NCBI GenBank assembly: GCA_016784165.1
Contig: JADHVD010000005.1
Span: 3,385-67,384 of the forward strand
DNA length: 64,000 nt
Reading direction: 5' to 3'
Origin: Candidatus Woesearchaeota archaeon
GTDB lineage: Archaea; Nanobdellota; Nanobdellia; Woesearchaeales; BS150m-G63
Shown here: piece by piece, positions 1 through 10,398 of the stretch
Layout: every line of letters starts with the position of its first letter
Numbering within the stretch: position 1 is the stretch's first letter
Notes under the pieces: generated by a model
The model's database searches: none
The model's input: the letters and a program-made list of their open reading frames with translations, nothing else
What the model was told of the DNA's origin: nothing
Translations under genes and position numbers: made by a program

Positions 1-1109
1 TTAATTTTATCCAATACACTTTTTTCTTCATTTTGTAATCTTTCTTTTTTTGTTTTCAAATCACCCACTTCTTTATCAATGCCACTCATTTTATCATCTA
101 AATCAGAAAGATTTTTCAAAAGTTGATTTTTCCTTGTTTCTATTCTACTAACTTCATTTTCACAAGAACCAACCCTAGTTTTATTTGTTGCAATATTGAC
201 ACGTAAATCTTCAATAGATTTATTTAATTTAGTGAGATTACTATCTCCTTTTTTTTCAACAGTTTGAGTTATTTCATTAATCTCTGATTTATTTTTTTTA
301 ATAATATCCCTAATCTTATTTATCTCTCCATTAAATTTCTCAAGTTCCTTTGAATGACTTCTTTTTCTTTTTTCAAGGGAATCTATTTTTTCTTGTTTCC
401 CATTCATTTGTATTTTAAGAAAACTTGCACGATTTTGATTAATTTTATTATCACATTCTCTGAATTTTTCAGCTTGTTTTTTTTCTTTTCTTAATTCTTT
501 AAGATAAGTCCCTCTTTCTTTCAAAACAATATCTGCTTCGCCCAATTTACCATCAACCTTATCTAATTCATTCATTGCTTTATGTTTTTTCTCTTCATAT
601 GAAGAAATTCCGGCTATTTCCCCAATAACTTCTCTCCTTTCATTGGGAGACATCTCCACGAATCGAGTAATATCACCTTGTAGAATTATATTATATCCAT
701 CTGGATTTATTTTAGCCAAAGCAAGCATATCAATAATCTGTTGCCTGGTTCTTCTTTGATCATTTATTTTATAAGTAGACATCCCCCTATGATTTATCAA
801 TCTAGTTATCTTAACTTCCTCATCACCAGTTGGAAATTCTTTTTCAGAATTATCAAAAACCATACTTACTTCTGCATTTTTAGAAGGATCTTTCTTTTTT
901 CCACCGTTATAGATTAAATTAGAAGCTTTTTCAGCCCTAAGTGCTTTAGCAGATCTTTTACCTAATACAAAACAAAGTGCATCTAACACATTAGATTTAC
1001 CACTCCCGTTAGGACCTAGAACAACATTAAAATCCTGATCAAACACTAATTCAGTTCTCTTTGCAAAGGATTTAAATCCATGCATCACCATGCTTTTTAT
1101 CTTAGTCAA
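1..1109 (-). CDS. smc: SMC chromosome-segregation ATPase, N-terminal part; the gene runs off the left edge of the window
   Basis: Absent from the ORF track because it is edge-truncated. Reverse translation from TTG 1109 (or ATG 1091) reads MTKIKSMVMHGFKSFAKRTELVFDQDFNVVLGPNGSGKSNVLDALCFVLG with Walker A GPNGSGKS, followed by a long K/E-rich coiled coil. The frame stays open to base 1. Confidence 0.85.
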   Translation of the reverse strand, partial: MTKIKSMVMHGFKSFAKRTELVFDQDFNVVLGPNGSGKSNVLDALCFVLGKRSAKALRAEKASNLIYNGGKKKDPSKNAEVSMVFDNSEKEFPTGDEEVKITRLINHRGMSTYKINDQRRTRQQIIDMLALAKINPDGYNIILQGDITRFVEMSPNERREVIGEIAGISSYEEKKHKAMNELDKVDGKLGEADIVLKERGTYLKELRKEKKQAEKFRECDNKINQNRASFLKIQMNGKQEKIDSLEKRKRSHSKELEKFNGEINKIRDIIKKNKSEINEITQTVEKKGDSNLTKLNKSIEDLRVNIATNKTRVGSCENEVSRIETRKNQLLKNLSDLDDKMSGIDKEVGDLKTKKERLQNEEKSVLDKI

Positions 1110-1208
1110 TCTCTACTCACCTTTTTTTTAAAAATTCCTCTAAAAAGTATAATTTTAAAGACAGTTAATGTTTATAAACTTTTCTGGTTTGTTTTATAGG
1201 ATAAAAAA

Positions 1209-1859
1209 TTAAAATTCTCCTAAACCTTTTTGAGAAGATTTTACTGCCACATTTTTATAAGAAGCCCAACTTTTTCTGAAAAAATCATATTTATCATAAT
1301 TCTTTTTCAAAAAATCTCTAGTTCTTTCATCAGAAGGGTAACCAGAACCAAATTCAACATTATATTTTTTCTTTAACTTATCTATTTCTTCATCTCTAAT
1401 CACTTTAGCAATAATAGAAGCAGCACCAACAACAAAATATTTACTATCTGCTTTAAATTCTGCTTTTATTTCTGCATCTTTTTTCACTAATCTTTCTTTA
1501 ATATATCCGGCATATGCTTCCCTATTGTTACTTGGACAATCTAAGATAATCCTATCTGGTTTAAAATGATTTATTATCTCTATAGATTTATCTGCTTCAA
1601 GCCAATTTAAATTAGTATTTTCAGAAAATAAAGTATTATCTATTTCTTTAGGTGGAACAATTATAACTTTGTATTCAATTTCTTTTTTCAATAATTCAAA
1701 AACTTCTTTTCTTTTAGCTACACTAAGTAATTTAGAATCTCTTGCACCCAACAATTTCAATTTAAACTGTTCTTTATCATCAACCATAACTCCGCAAAGC
1801 ACCATAGGACCTATAACAGGACCTCTACCAGCTTCATCTATCGCAACTAATTTAACCAT
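1209..1859 (-). CDS. rnhB: Ribonuclease HII
   Basis: The N-terminus VAIDEAGRGPVIGPMVLCGV is the RNase HII catalytic motif, and the 216 aa size is typical. Confidence 0.9.
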   Translation of the reverse strand: MVKLVAIDEAGRGPVIGPMVLCGVMVDDKEQFKLKLLGARDSKLLSVAKRKEVFELLKKEIEYKVIIVPPKEIDNTLFSENTNLNWLEADKSIEIINHFKPDRIILDCPSNNREAYAGYIKERLVKKDAEIKAEFKADSKYFVVGAASIIAKVIRDEEIDKLKKKYNVEFGSGYPSDERTRDFLKKNYDKYDFFRKSWASYKNVAVKSSQKGLGEF

Positions 1860-1896
1860 AATAAAACAAAAAGAGGATGAGTTTAAATAATTTACT

Positions 1897-2139
1897 TTAG
1901 TTCTTCTTTATTTTGCTTTCTTTCCATTTAATATATTTCCAAATATACCTCAATATCGTTAAAGGGATAAACAATATCAACAAGAGAGGGAATAATATAT
2001 CAAATCTGCCGTATAAAATCAAAACAATATAAGCAAGTGTAAATATCAAAAAAATAGAAAGTGCGATAAGCTTTGTAAAAAATAAGAATATATTTTTGAT
2101 TTTTTTAATCATATAGTACCTCTTTAAACCTTTCAACAC
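1897..2139 (-). CDS. Small hypothetical membrane protein (80 aa)
   Basis: Two hydrophobic helices; no recognisable motif. Confidence 0.4.
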   Translation of the reverse strand: MLKGLKRYYMIKKIKNIFLFFTKLIALSIFLIFTLAYIVLILYGRFDILFPLLLILFIPLTILRYIWKYIKWKESKIKKN

Positions 2140-2178
2140 AAGTAAAATATATAAACCTTACTGAATAATCACTTCATT

Positions 2179-3159
2179 ATGATATGTTTAGGTATTGAAA
2201 CAACTGCCCACACGTTTGGGATTGGTATTGTAACAGACAAAAAGAAGGTATTAGCCAACATCAAAGATAGTTACACCACTAAAAAAGGCGGAATGATTCC
2301 AGTAAAAGCAGGAGAACATCATGTTGAAGTTTGTGACAAAGTACTCGCTCAAGCATTAGAAAAAGCAAACATAAAACTAAAAGATGTTGACCTAATTTCA
2401 TTTTCTCAAGGTCCTGGCATGGGACACTGCTTAAGAATAGGGGCTTTTTTCGCACGTTCTTTAGCACTAAAACTAAAAAAACCATTAATCGGAATCAATC
2501 ATTGTATAGCACACTTAAGTATTGGAACAATGCTCACACAAGCAAAAGACCCTGTACTACTTTATGTTTCAGGAGCAAACACCCAAGTTATAGCTTACGA
2601 AGGAAAAAAATACAGAATTTTCGGAGAAACTCTCGATATTGGAATAGGAAACTTCTTAGACAGTTTCGCAAGATACTTGGAATTAGGATTTCCTGGCGGA
2701 CCAAAATTATCACAACTAGCAGAAAAAGGGGAAAAAATGATTGAACTGCCTTACACAGTAAAAGGAATGGATGTAAGTTTTGGGGGGTTATTAACAAACC
2801 TTAAACAAAAACATCAACAAGGAATAAAAAAAGAAGACCTTGCTTACTCACTCCAAGAAACTGCTTTTGCAATGCTTTTAGAAGTAGCAGAAAGAGCACT
2901 TGCTCACTGCAATAAAAAAGAACTCCTTTTAGGTGGAGGGGTTGCATGTAACACAAGATTACAAGAAATGGCAAAAGAAATGTGCAAAGCAAGAGGGGCA
3001 AAATGTTTTACAGTTGCAAATGAATTTAATGTTGATAATGGCGCAATGATTGCTTGGCAAGGAATTCTACAATACAGCTCAGGCCAGGAAACTAAAATAA
3101 AAGACAGTAATATCTTACCTTATGAAAGAACAGATCAAGTAAAAGTAACATGGATCTAA
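2179..3159 (+). CDS. kae1: Kae1, tRNA N6-adenosine threonylcarbamoyltransferase
   Basis: MICLGIETTAHTFGIGIV start, HCIAHL metal-binding histidines and a GGGVACN motif. It is not fused to Bud32. Confidence 0.9.
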   Translation: MICLGIETTAHTFGIGIVTDKKKVLANIKDSYTTKKGGMIPVKAGEHHVEVCDKVLAQALEKANIKLKDVDLISFSQGPGMGHCLRIGAFFARSLALKLKKPLIGINHCIAHLSIGTMLTQAKDPVLLYVSGANTQVIAYEGKKYRIFGETLDIGIGNFLDSFARYLELGFPGGPKLSQLAEKGEKMIELPYTVKGMDVSFGGLLTNLKQKHQQGIKKEDLAYSLQETAFAMLLEVAERALAHCNKKELLLGGGVACNTRLQEMAKEMCKARGAKCFTVANEFNVDNGAMIAWQGILQYSSGQETKIKDSNILPYERTDQVKVTWI

Positions 3160-3219
3160 CCGAAAAAATTCCGACTAAAGAACCAAAAACATATAAACTC
3201 AAAATAAACTAATTCTAAT

Positions 3220-3837
3220 ATGGAACATCTAAAAGAAAAAATAAAACCATACTTCCGAGAAGGTGGACATGGTTTGGACCATATAGAAAGAGTATACAAT
3301 CTAGCTATAAGGATAGCAGAACAAGAAAAAGCAGATATGGATATAGTAAAAGCATCTGCACTACTTCATGATATAGCAAGAAAAAAACAATCTGAAACAG
3401 GATTATGTCATGCAGAACAAGGATCAAAAATGGCTCCAGAAATCTTAGAAAAAATCAAATTCCCAAAAGAAAAAATTCCTGCAGTTGTACATTGTATAGA
3501 AGTTCATAGAGTAAGCAAAAAACTAAAAGCAGAAACCAAAGAAGCACAAATAATTCAAGATGCTGATAGATTAGATGCAATAGGTGCAGTCGCTATATCA
3601 AGAGTATTAATACATAATACAACACATAATACCTCTATATATAATCCACATATTAAACCAAAAGAAGAATATGACGGCTCAACAACAACTGCAATAAATC
3701 ACTTTTATGAAAAAATACTAAAATTAAAACCAGAAAGTTTTCACACAGAATTAGCTCAAGAGATAGCAAAAGAAAGGTATAATTTTACAAAAGAATTTGT
3801 TGAACGATTCATAAAAGAATGGCACGGAAAAAATTAA
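3220..3837 (+). CDS. HD-domain metal-dependent phosphohydrolase
   Basis: GLDHIERV ... ALLHDIAR (H..HD) and a DADRLDA motif. Confidence 0.75.
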   Translation: MEHLKEKIKPYFREGGHGLDHIERVYNLAIRIAEQEKADMDIVKASALLHDIARKKQSETGLCHAEQGSKMAPEILEKIKFPKEKIPAVVHCIEVHRVSKKLKAETKEAQIIQDADRLDAIGAVAISRVLIHNTTHNTSIYNPHIKPKEEYDGSTTTAINHFYEKILKLKPESFHTELAQEIAKERYNFTKEFVERFIKEWHGKN

Positions 3838-3838
3838 A

Positions 3839-4390
3839 ATGAGTTTAGAAAAAAAGATAAAACTAGAAGGAGAAATAGTGGTGCTAAGAAAATTAGAATA
3901 CTCAGATGCTGAATTCATTTACAAACATATAAATCACAAAGATATTGTTAGGTACACAATGAATATTCCTTGGCCTTACACTCCAGAACATGCGGTTCAG
4001 TTCATAAAGAAATCAAAACAAGGATACAAAAAAGGCAAGGAATTAAATTTAGGAATCACATTAAAAGAAGATAATCAAGTTATAGGAATTATGAGTTTTA
4101 ACAAAATAGACTTAAAAAATAAAAACGCAGAAGTAGGTTATTGGCTGGGAAAAAAATATTGGCGTAAGGGAATAGCAAAAGAAGCACTAATTCTAATCTT
4201 AGATTATGCCTTCAAAGAACTAAAACTAGAAAGGATCAGTTCAAGAACATTTCATTCAAACAAAGCATCTTATGGACTTCTTCTCAGAATGGGATTCAAA
4301 CAAGAAGGAATCGCAAGAAAAGATATATTTCAAAACAATAAGTGGTATGATCATTTAATGTTTGGACTTCTAAAAGAAGAATTAAAATAA
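3839..4390 (+). CDS. GNAT family N-acetyltransferase (RimJ/RimL-like)
   Basis: The motif A region YWRKGIAKEAL and overall layout match RimJ/L-type GNATs. Confidence 0.8.
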   Translation: MSLEKKIKLEGEIVVLRKLEYSDAEFIYKHINHKDIVRYTMNIPWPYTPEHAVQFIKKSKQGYKKGKELNLGITLKEDNQVIGIMSFNKIDLKNKNAEVGYWLGKKYWRKGIAKEALILILDYAFKELKLERISSRTFHSNKASYGLLLRMGFKQEGIARKDIFQNNKWYDHLMFGLLKEELK

Positions 4391-5173
4391 TTATTTCTTC
4401 TCGAAATTTTCATATTCTTTCAGCAAATCATTTAATTTATCTTTACCAATATCTTGGTAAATACCATATATTTTTCCAACATGTGAAAATTTATTCTTTG
4501 TATCATACTTCCAACAAATTGCCTCATGAACTTTTTTGATATGAATAACAATATCATAAAATTGTTTCCAATTATTAATCTCAAATATTCTAGAGTTATC
4601 AAAAAGAGACCTATTTTGATGTTTATTCTCTGGTTGCCTGTAGTAGATTAAATGGACTGGTAAATGTTTTATTGATTCTAATTTCTTAAGATCGTCATCT
4701 ATATGGATTCGTGGCTTTAACTTATGAACAAAATGATCTTTTGATTTATTCCTCGTATTATGTAAATATTTTATAATGTGTCCAAATTTATGCCTAATAA
4801 ATTTCTTTGCATAAGGAAAATCATGATCATTCCTAGAAGTTATAACAACAAACCTAAAACCCTCTTTATGAAGGTTGTGTAATGTCTCCTTGCAATGTGG
4901 AGGAATTTCATATTCCATGATATGATCCTCATTTAATGGATCCATTAAACTGCGATAATTTATATCTAGCTTCCCAATCTTCTGCATAAGTTTATCAAAA
5001 CCGTCTTTTTTGGTCTGATGCAGCTCAAGATCCACCCCAAACCATTCCTTTGCATATTTCAGCTTAACATTTAAGCCATGAGCTATAACTCCATCAAAAT
5101 CCAAACTAACAATAAGATTCTTAGCTACGTATTTTGGTCGATTAAATCCAAACATTAAGTAAATAAAATACAT
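4391..5173 (-). CDS. HAD-superfamily phosphatase (5-prime(3-prime)-deoxyribonucleotidase-like)
   Basis: HAD motif I LDFDGVI, motif II VVITSR and motif IV IDDD. Confidence 0.5.
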   Translation of the reverse strand: MYFIYLMFGFNRPKYVAKNLIVSLDFDGVIAHGLNVKLKYAKEWFGVDLELHQTKKDGFDKLMQKIGKLDINYRSLMDPLNEDHIMEYEIPPHCKETLHNLHKEGFRFVVITSRNDHDFPYAKKFIRHKFGHIIKYLHNTRNKSKDHFVHKLKPRIHIDDDLKKLESIKHLPVHLIYYRQPENKHQNRSLFDNSRIFEINNWKQFYDIVIHIKKVHEAICWKYDTKNKFSHVGKIYGIYQDIGKDKLNDLLKEYENFEKK

Positions 5174-5190
5174 TAAAGATATATACTTTT

Positions 5191-5790
5191 CTAATTTTTT
5201 ATGATTTTAGATATCTCTTTAGCAAATCCATTTTCCTCACAATTATAAAAAGAAATATCTTTTTTTTCCCTTACAAACTTGATTATTTTAATATTATCAA
5301 ATTCAGAATCATCTAATTTATCTGTCTGCTCAACCATACATTCATATTGATCAATAGAATCTAAAACTTTATCTTTAAAATCAGGATTTTTCTTTCTTTC
5401 ATCTAAATAATTATTTATCACTTCTTTACTGTTAAAAATCGTCCATAAAACATATAACTCATAGTCATTTTTCTCTGCAATATCATAAACCCAATTCCTT
5501 CTGTATTGCTTATGAAAAGTTGCATCCAAGATAATAATATCCTTATCAGAACTTTCAACTAAATCGCAAAGTTTTCTATAAGAATCATCTTTTTCTCTTC
5601 TTGTCTCCTCATTAGTTTCATCAATAGATTTTTTTGTAAACTTAATATGTTCATCCACCTTAAATCTTGTTGAAACTGATTTGATTATTTCACAATCAAT
5701 ATTCTTTTTAGAAAAAGAATCTTTCAATTTCTTAGCTACAGTTGATTTCCCACTTAAAGGAAAACCATAAAGCATTATTAATTTTCTCAT
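5191..5790 (-). CDS. P-loop kinase (AAA_33 / polynucleotide-kinase-like)
   Basis: Walker A GFPLSGKST, and IILDATFHKQYRR is typical of the zeta-toxin/AAA_33 kinase fold. Confidence 0.6.
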   Translation of the reverse strand: MRKLIMLYGFPLSGKSTVAKKLKDSFSKKNIDCEIIKSVSTRFKVDEHIKFTKKSIDETNEETRREKDDSYRKLCDLVESSDKDIIILDATFHKQYRRNWVYDIAEKNDYELYVLWTIFNSKEVINNYLDERKKNPDFKDKVLDSIDQYECMVEQTDKLDDSEFDNIKIIKFVREKKDISFYNCEENGFAKEISKIIKN

Positions 5791-5934
5791 TAGAGATAAA
5801 AAGATTTAAAGATATAAAAAATTATTCAAAAATTAAAGCAAAAAGAAGCTTTGAATCATGTGAAGAATCTATAAAATGGATTATATCAGAAAATTTAGTT
5901 CAGAATTGTTCTAAAAGAAGAATTTACACCTTGA

Positions 5935-6486
5935 TTAGTGTTTAATCATATAACCTAAAGCACTCAAAATATACAAAACAGGAACAACATTTAATGAGAA
6001 ATAATAAAACGCGTTTGTTTTAGCTAACACACCTAAAATAATTAACACAAACATAATTAACAAACTTACTGTTATCTGAATAGTGCCTAGAACCTCTTTA
6101 ATTGCATATTTTTCTTTTTTAACTAAATAACCTACAGCACTTAAAATAAATAAAAAAGGAATCGCAAACAAAGTTAATCCAATATGGGTTGCAATCACCC
6201 CGACATAATTTCCATAAACCTGTAACAAAATCAACCCAAGTGAAATACTAATTACCAACTGAATTGTTCCAATCATCACTTTGATATGTTTCTTCCTTTC
6301 GTGAACTATATAGCCTATAGCATTCAATAAAAACAAGGCGAGTGTAAAATAGAATATCACAAACAAGTAAATTTTTTCATAATAATCCCAACCACTAAAC
6401 TTATGATACAATAAATAGAATCCTATTAACACAAAGAAAGTTATACAAATTTGAACAATTGCTAAGGTTTTTTTCAAGTGTTTCAT
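5935..6486 (-). CDS. Integral membrane protein built from three 61-aa repeats
   Basis: 183 aa equals 3 x 61. Each unit ends in L(N/S)A(I/V/L)GY(I/L/M)(V/I) followed by a basic patch (HERKKH, KKEKY, KH). Confidence 0.6.
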   Translation of the reverse strand: MKHLKKTLAIVQICITFFVLIGFYLLYHKFSGWDYYEKIYLFVIFYFTLALFLLNAIGYIVHERKKHIKVMIGTIQLVISISLGLILLQVYGNYVGVIATHIGLTLFAIPFLFILSAVGYLVKKEKYAIKEVLGTIQITVSLLIMFVLIILGVLAKTNAFYYFSLNVVPVLYILSALGYMIKH

Positions 6487-6551
6487 TGTTGTTCTTTTTA
6501 CTCAAACTCTTTTACTTAAATGAAATTTTTATTTCAGTTTTGCAGGAGAAT

Positions 6552-6851
6552 TCATTTTTTATCAAATTCATCACTACATTTATCTGAACAAAATCTATAC
6601 AATTCACCATCAACAACTTTTTCTATAATTAACTCACTCCTTTGAAGCATTTTACCACATTTTCTACATTTAGCTTGCTGACCATCATTATCAGCACCTT
6701 CCATAAATGCAGCTTCCCAAGGACTTATCTCGTCTTCTTCAACAAGTTTATCCCTCCCTTCACTAGAATAAACCTCTTCATCAGCCCCTTCATCAAAATT
6801 AGATTGTTCTTCTTCTGGAATTAGTTCTTTATCATTAACCATTAATATCAC
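6552..6851 (-). CDS. Acidic small protein with a C-terminal TRASH/FCS-type zinc-binding domain
   Basis: CRKC-x22-CSDKC fits the TRASH pattern C-x2-C-x19-22-C-x3-C with an FCS motif. The N-terminal half is highly acidic. Confidence 0.6.
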   Translation of the reverse strand: MILMVNDKELIPEEEQSNFDEGADEEVYSSEGRDKLVEEDEISPWEAAFMEGADNDGQQAKCRKCGKMLQRSELIIEKVVDGELYRFCSDKCSDEFDKK

Positions 6852-6896
6852 CTACTCTTAAAATAACCTAAAATGTTTATAAGCTTTTCTTTTTTA

Positions 6897-9431
6897 TTAT
6901 TTATCATTCAATTTCTCAATAAATTTATCTAATTCTTTCATAAATCTTTCTGTAGTTTTCAATACGTGTTCTGGTTGAGTTTTCAAAATTCTAGCAGTCT
7001 CCCCTAAAATATCTCCTTTTTTTCCCTCTCTAACAACCAATTCAAGGTCTTTTACATCTATTTCTTTTCTTTTTTTAATTGCTTTTTTTGCTTTTTTCCA
7101 TTTAACAAATAGCTCTTCTGCCCTAGCAGGAATCTCTTCAACCCCAACACCCAATAATTTTGACAACCCATCCAATATTTCTTTCTCACTTTCTCCTTGT
7201 ATCTCAGCAGCTTCTCCGGCAGTAAAAGTGATTCTACAAACACCATCTTGAATTTTGGTACTTTTTAAAATCTTAATTTTTCCAACTTCAGAAGTATCAT
7301 GTAAATGAGTTCCACCACAGGCTTCAACATCCACCCCTTTAATATCTATTATTCTAATTTTGTTTCCAGGAACTGCACCACCTTGATAAATACTCAAACC
7401 GTATCTCTTTTCAGCCATATCTCTACTCAAAAAAGAAGAATTAATAGGTAATGCCCTATCAATAATAATATTTGCTTCATCTCCTATTTTCTTAAGTTCT
7501 TCATCAGAAATACTTTCATAATGAGTAACATCTAAATGTGCTTTATCTAATGTTTTTTTAGCTCCTGCTTGAAAAATATGATTTCCTAAAACTTTTTTTG
7601 CAGCTGCATTCACAATATGGGTCGCAGTATGATGTTGAGTTAATTGTTTTCTATTTCCAAAATTAATCTCAGCAATAACCTCTCCTCCAACCCTTAAAAG
7701 AGGTTTACTTTCCATAACATGTACAATTATATTCCCTTGCTTAAACACATCAATAACTTTTTTACCATTAATATTTCCAATATCATGCAATTGCCCACCA
7801 GAAGTTGGATAAAAATAAGTTCTATCTAACACAACCTTATCATCAATAATTTTCAATACTTTTGCTCCAAATTTAATTTTACGATAATCTTCAAAATAAA
7901 GCGCTTCTGTTTCTGATAATCCTCCTAATTCCAATTTCTCTTCACGCACTGTTGCATGAACTTGTTTTTTTCGCTCATGTAATTCAGAAACTCTAGAATA
8001 AAAATTCTCAGGAATTATGATTTGCTTACCTAATTTAGCTGCTTCAACCCTTATCATCTCTGGCTGGATTCCTTGGCTATCATAAAGTTCGAGGAGTTTT
8101 CTTTCATCAATATCTTTCTTAACAATAACCGCAGTTATTTGTTTAGCTTTCTCTTTAGACGCAATATATTTTCTCTTTTCCACATTAAGTATCTTCGAAA
8201 CATTACCTAAATTATTACTCAATTCAGGAAACAAGGGTTCGAGATATTCAGCATGCCACTTACATATTTCAGCAAGCTCAAGATTCCACCCATATCTATC
8301 AATAAAAGAAAGTGCCCTTCTCAACACTGTTCGTAGATTATATCCTCCACCAACATTGCCTGGTAAAGCTCCATCAGATAACGCAACTAACAATGCCCTT
8401 GAATGTTCTGCAACAGAATAAAGCGCAGCTAAAGGAAGTATGTTATTTCTCAATTCATCTACTTTCATTCCAACTTTCTCAGCAACAAAATCCCATGCTT
8501 TTTCAATATCTTCGACTTCATCAATATTCAAATAAGAAGCATAAGGTAAAAATTTAGCCATCAATTTTTCATCAACCCTCACACCTGTAAGTTGATGTAA
8601 TTTTTTCATCACAGTTGGAAATGTAGATTCATAACTAGTAGAAGTACCGTGAGTAAACCAAGCATTTCTTTCGTGCCCCATCCCCATATCCAACACTTTT
8701 AATTTTAACTCTTTAGATCCAGAAGAAGTTTGTTCATACATCATATAAACTTGATTTCCTAATTCCATTCCTCTGCTAAAAAATTCCATACAAGGACCAA
8801 AATTTCCTCCGCCAGCCCATGCATCTTCATGGAAAATTATTTCATCATCTTCCACACCCAATCCTTTATTCAGCCATAATTTAATATCAGAAAAATATTT
8901 ATCTTTATCCCATTCTTCTGGAGGCATAAAGGCATGCTGTCCTATCATCACAAATCCCACATAATGTTGTCCAGTTATCCCTACATTATCTATATCATTA
9001 AAACGAAGACTAAACTGTGGTACAACTAAGGGGTTAGCTGGTGGTTTTACCTCTCCAGAAACAACATAAGGTTGAAAATCATAAATACTTGCTTGTACAA
9101 AATCAGTATCATCTCTCCATCGAGCAACAACAGGATATCTCTTTATTGGTGTATAACCCAATTTAGAAAACAATTTTGCAAATTCAGTCCAAACACCGAC
9201 ATAATCTAATTTTTTCTTAGCAGGACTATCTCCAATAAATCTAAATCCTCCAGAACATACAGCATCTCCGCAAACATCTCGGGGTTTAGTACTCCAAAAA
9301 TATATCCCACACTTCTTACATTTAGCACGATTAAATCCTGCTTTTTTTAAAACACTAACTGCAAAATATTTTTCAGGATTCTTAGAAACTTCTTTCTTAA
9401 ATTCCTTTTTTACTTGCTTATCTGTTTTCAT
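6897..9431 (-). CDS. alaS: Alanyl-tRNA synthetase, archaeal type
   Basis: 844 aa, with archaeal N-terminal cysteines (CKKCGIYFWS), the editing-domain HHTATH motif and CGGTH. Confidence 0.95.
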   Translation of the reverse strand: MKTDKQVKKEFKKEVSKNPEKYFAVSVLKKAGFNRAKCKKCGIYFWSTKPRDVCGDAVCSGGFRFIGDSPAKKKLDYVGVWTEFAKLFSKLGYTPIKRYPVVARWRDDTDFVQASIYDFQPYVVSGEVKPPANPLVVPQFSLRFNDIDNVGITGQHYVGFVMIGQHAFMPPEEWDKDKYFSDIKLWLNKGLGVEDDEIIFHEDAWAGGGNFGPCMEFFSRGMELGNQVYMMYEQTSSGSKELKLKVLDMGMGHERNAWFTHGTSTSYESTFPTVMKKLHQLTGVRVDEKLMAKFLPYASYLNIDEVEDIEKAWDFVAEKVGMKVDELRNNILPLAALYSVAEHSRALLVALSDGALPGNVGGGYNLRTVLRRALSFIDRYGWNLELAEICKWHAEYLEPLFPELSNNLGNVSKILNVEKRKYIASKEKAKQITAVIVKKDIDERKLLELYDSQGIQPEMIRVEAAKLGKQIIIPENFYSRVSELHERKKQVHATVREEKLELGGLSETEALYFEDYRKIKFGAKVLKIIDDKVVLDRTYFYPTSGGQLHDIGNINGKKVIDVFKQGNIIVHVMESKPLLRVGGEVIAEINFGNRKQLTQHHTATHIVNAAAKKVLGNHIFQAGAKKTLDKAHLDVTHYESISDEELKKIGDEANIIIDRALPINSSFLSRDMAEKRYGLSIYQGGAVPGNKIRIIDIKGVDVEACGGTHLHDTSEVGKIKILKSTKIQDGVCRITFTAGEAAEIQGESEKEILDGLSKLLGVGVEEIPARAEELFVKWKKAKKAIKKRKEIDVKDLELVVREGKKGDILGETARILKTQPEHVLKTTERFMKELDKFIEKLNDK

Positions 9432-9530
9432 TTTTTAATGAAAATAGTTAAAGAATTTTTTTTGATTCTTTTACGTTTTCATAACTCCATTAAGAATTAT
9501 GCCTAAAACATATAAAAAACTTACTATAAA

Positions 9531-10370
9531 TCACTCAACAATCACTATTCCATTTTCGCCAACATCAAAAGTAACTGCCCCCCTAGCATGATCCGTACCC
9601 CTCATTTTAAGCACTTCAATTTTTCTTTCACGACCTTCTCCAAGAATTCCTTTACGAGCATAATAAAGCAAAATAATCCCATCAACCTCAAACTCCATAA
9701 AACTAGCAGTTTTATGTTCTTCTTCACCTTCAGAAGCATGTTGAAATGTAAAAATAGTTGTACAATTCCATTTATCTATTAAATCAAATAAAGCCAAAAC
9801 ATTTTCTCTCTTTTTTAATTCATCTGAACCCAATAAAGTAAAAGCTGTTATTGAATCAATAACCAATCTAGTGGGATTTATTTGTCTCATAAAACTATCT
9901 AAAGTTCCACCACCTTCAGATAATATTCCGGTAATTTGTTCAGGAGTATAATGGATATAAAAAAATTTTTTCTCACTTTCTAATTTTTCCAAATCCCAAC
10001 CAAACAATTTCATATCTTCATAAAGATCTTCTTTATTTTCTTCAAAAGAAAAATAAACAGCAGATTTTCCATCTTCAATTGCTTTCATTAAAAACTGTAT
10101 TCCAAAAATAGTTTTACCTGTTCCTGGCCCACCTTCAACTAAAACATTAGAACCTTTTTTGAATCCTCCACCTATCAACTCATCAAACCCATTTATTCCG
10201 CTAACAATTCGTTCTCCAACACCTACAACGTGTTTAATCCTATCAACATTAACAGATTCATGAGACTTTGATTTCTTTATATCTTTATGATCTTTTAAAA
10301 AATCTCCAAGAACATCTACTCCTTCTTTTTCAACTCCCTCTTTTTCAACCATGGTATTTAAGTTATCCAA
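9531..10370 (-). CDS. KaiC/RecA-superfamily ATPase, ArlH(FlaH)-like
   Basis: GFDELIGGGFKKGSNVLVEGGPGTGKT Walker A and DSITAF Walker B-like motif. It is the last gene of the pilus operon. Confidence 0.8.
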   Translation of the reverse strand: MDNLNTMVEKEGVEKEGVDVLGDFLKDHKDIKKSKSHESVNVDRIKHVVGVGERIVSGINGFDELIGGGFKKGSNVLVEGGPGTGKTIFGIQFLMKAIEDGKSAVYFSFEENKEDLYEDMKLFGWDLEKLESEKKFFYIHYTPEQITGILSEGGGTLDSFMRQINPTRLVIDSITAFTLLGSDELKKRENVLALFDLIDKWNCTTIFTFQHASEGEEEHKTASFMEFEVDGIILLYYARKGILGEGRERKIEVLKMRGTDHARGAVTFDVGENGIVIVE

Positions 10371-10398
10371 ATAAGTATAAAAATCTTACTATAAAACA

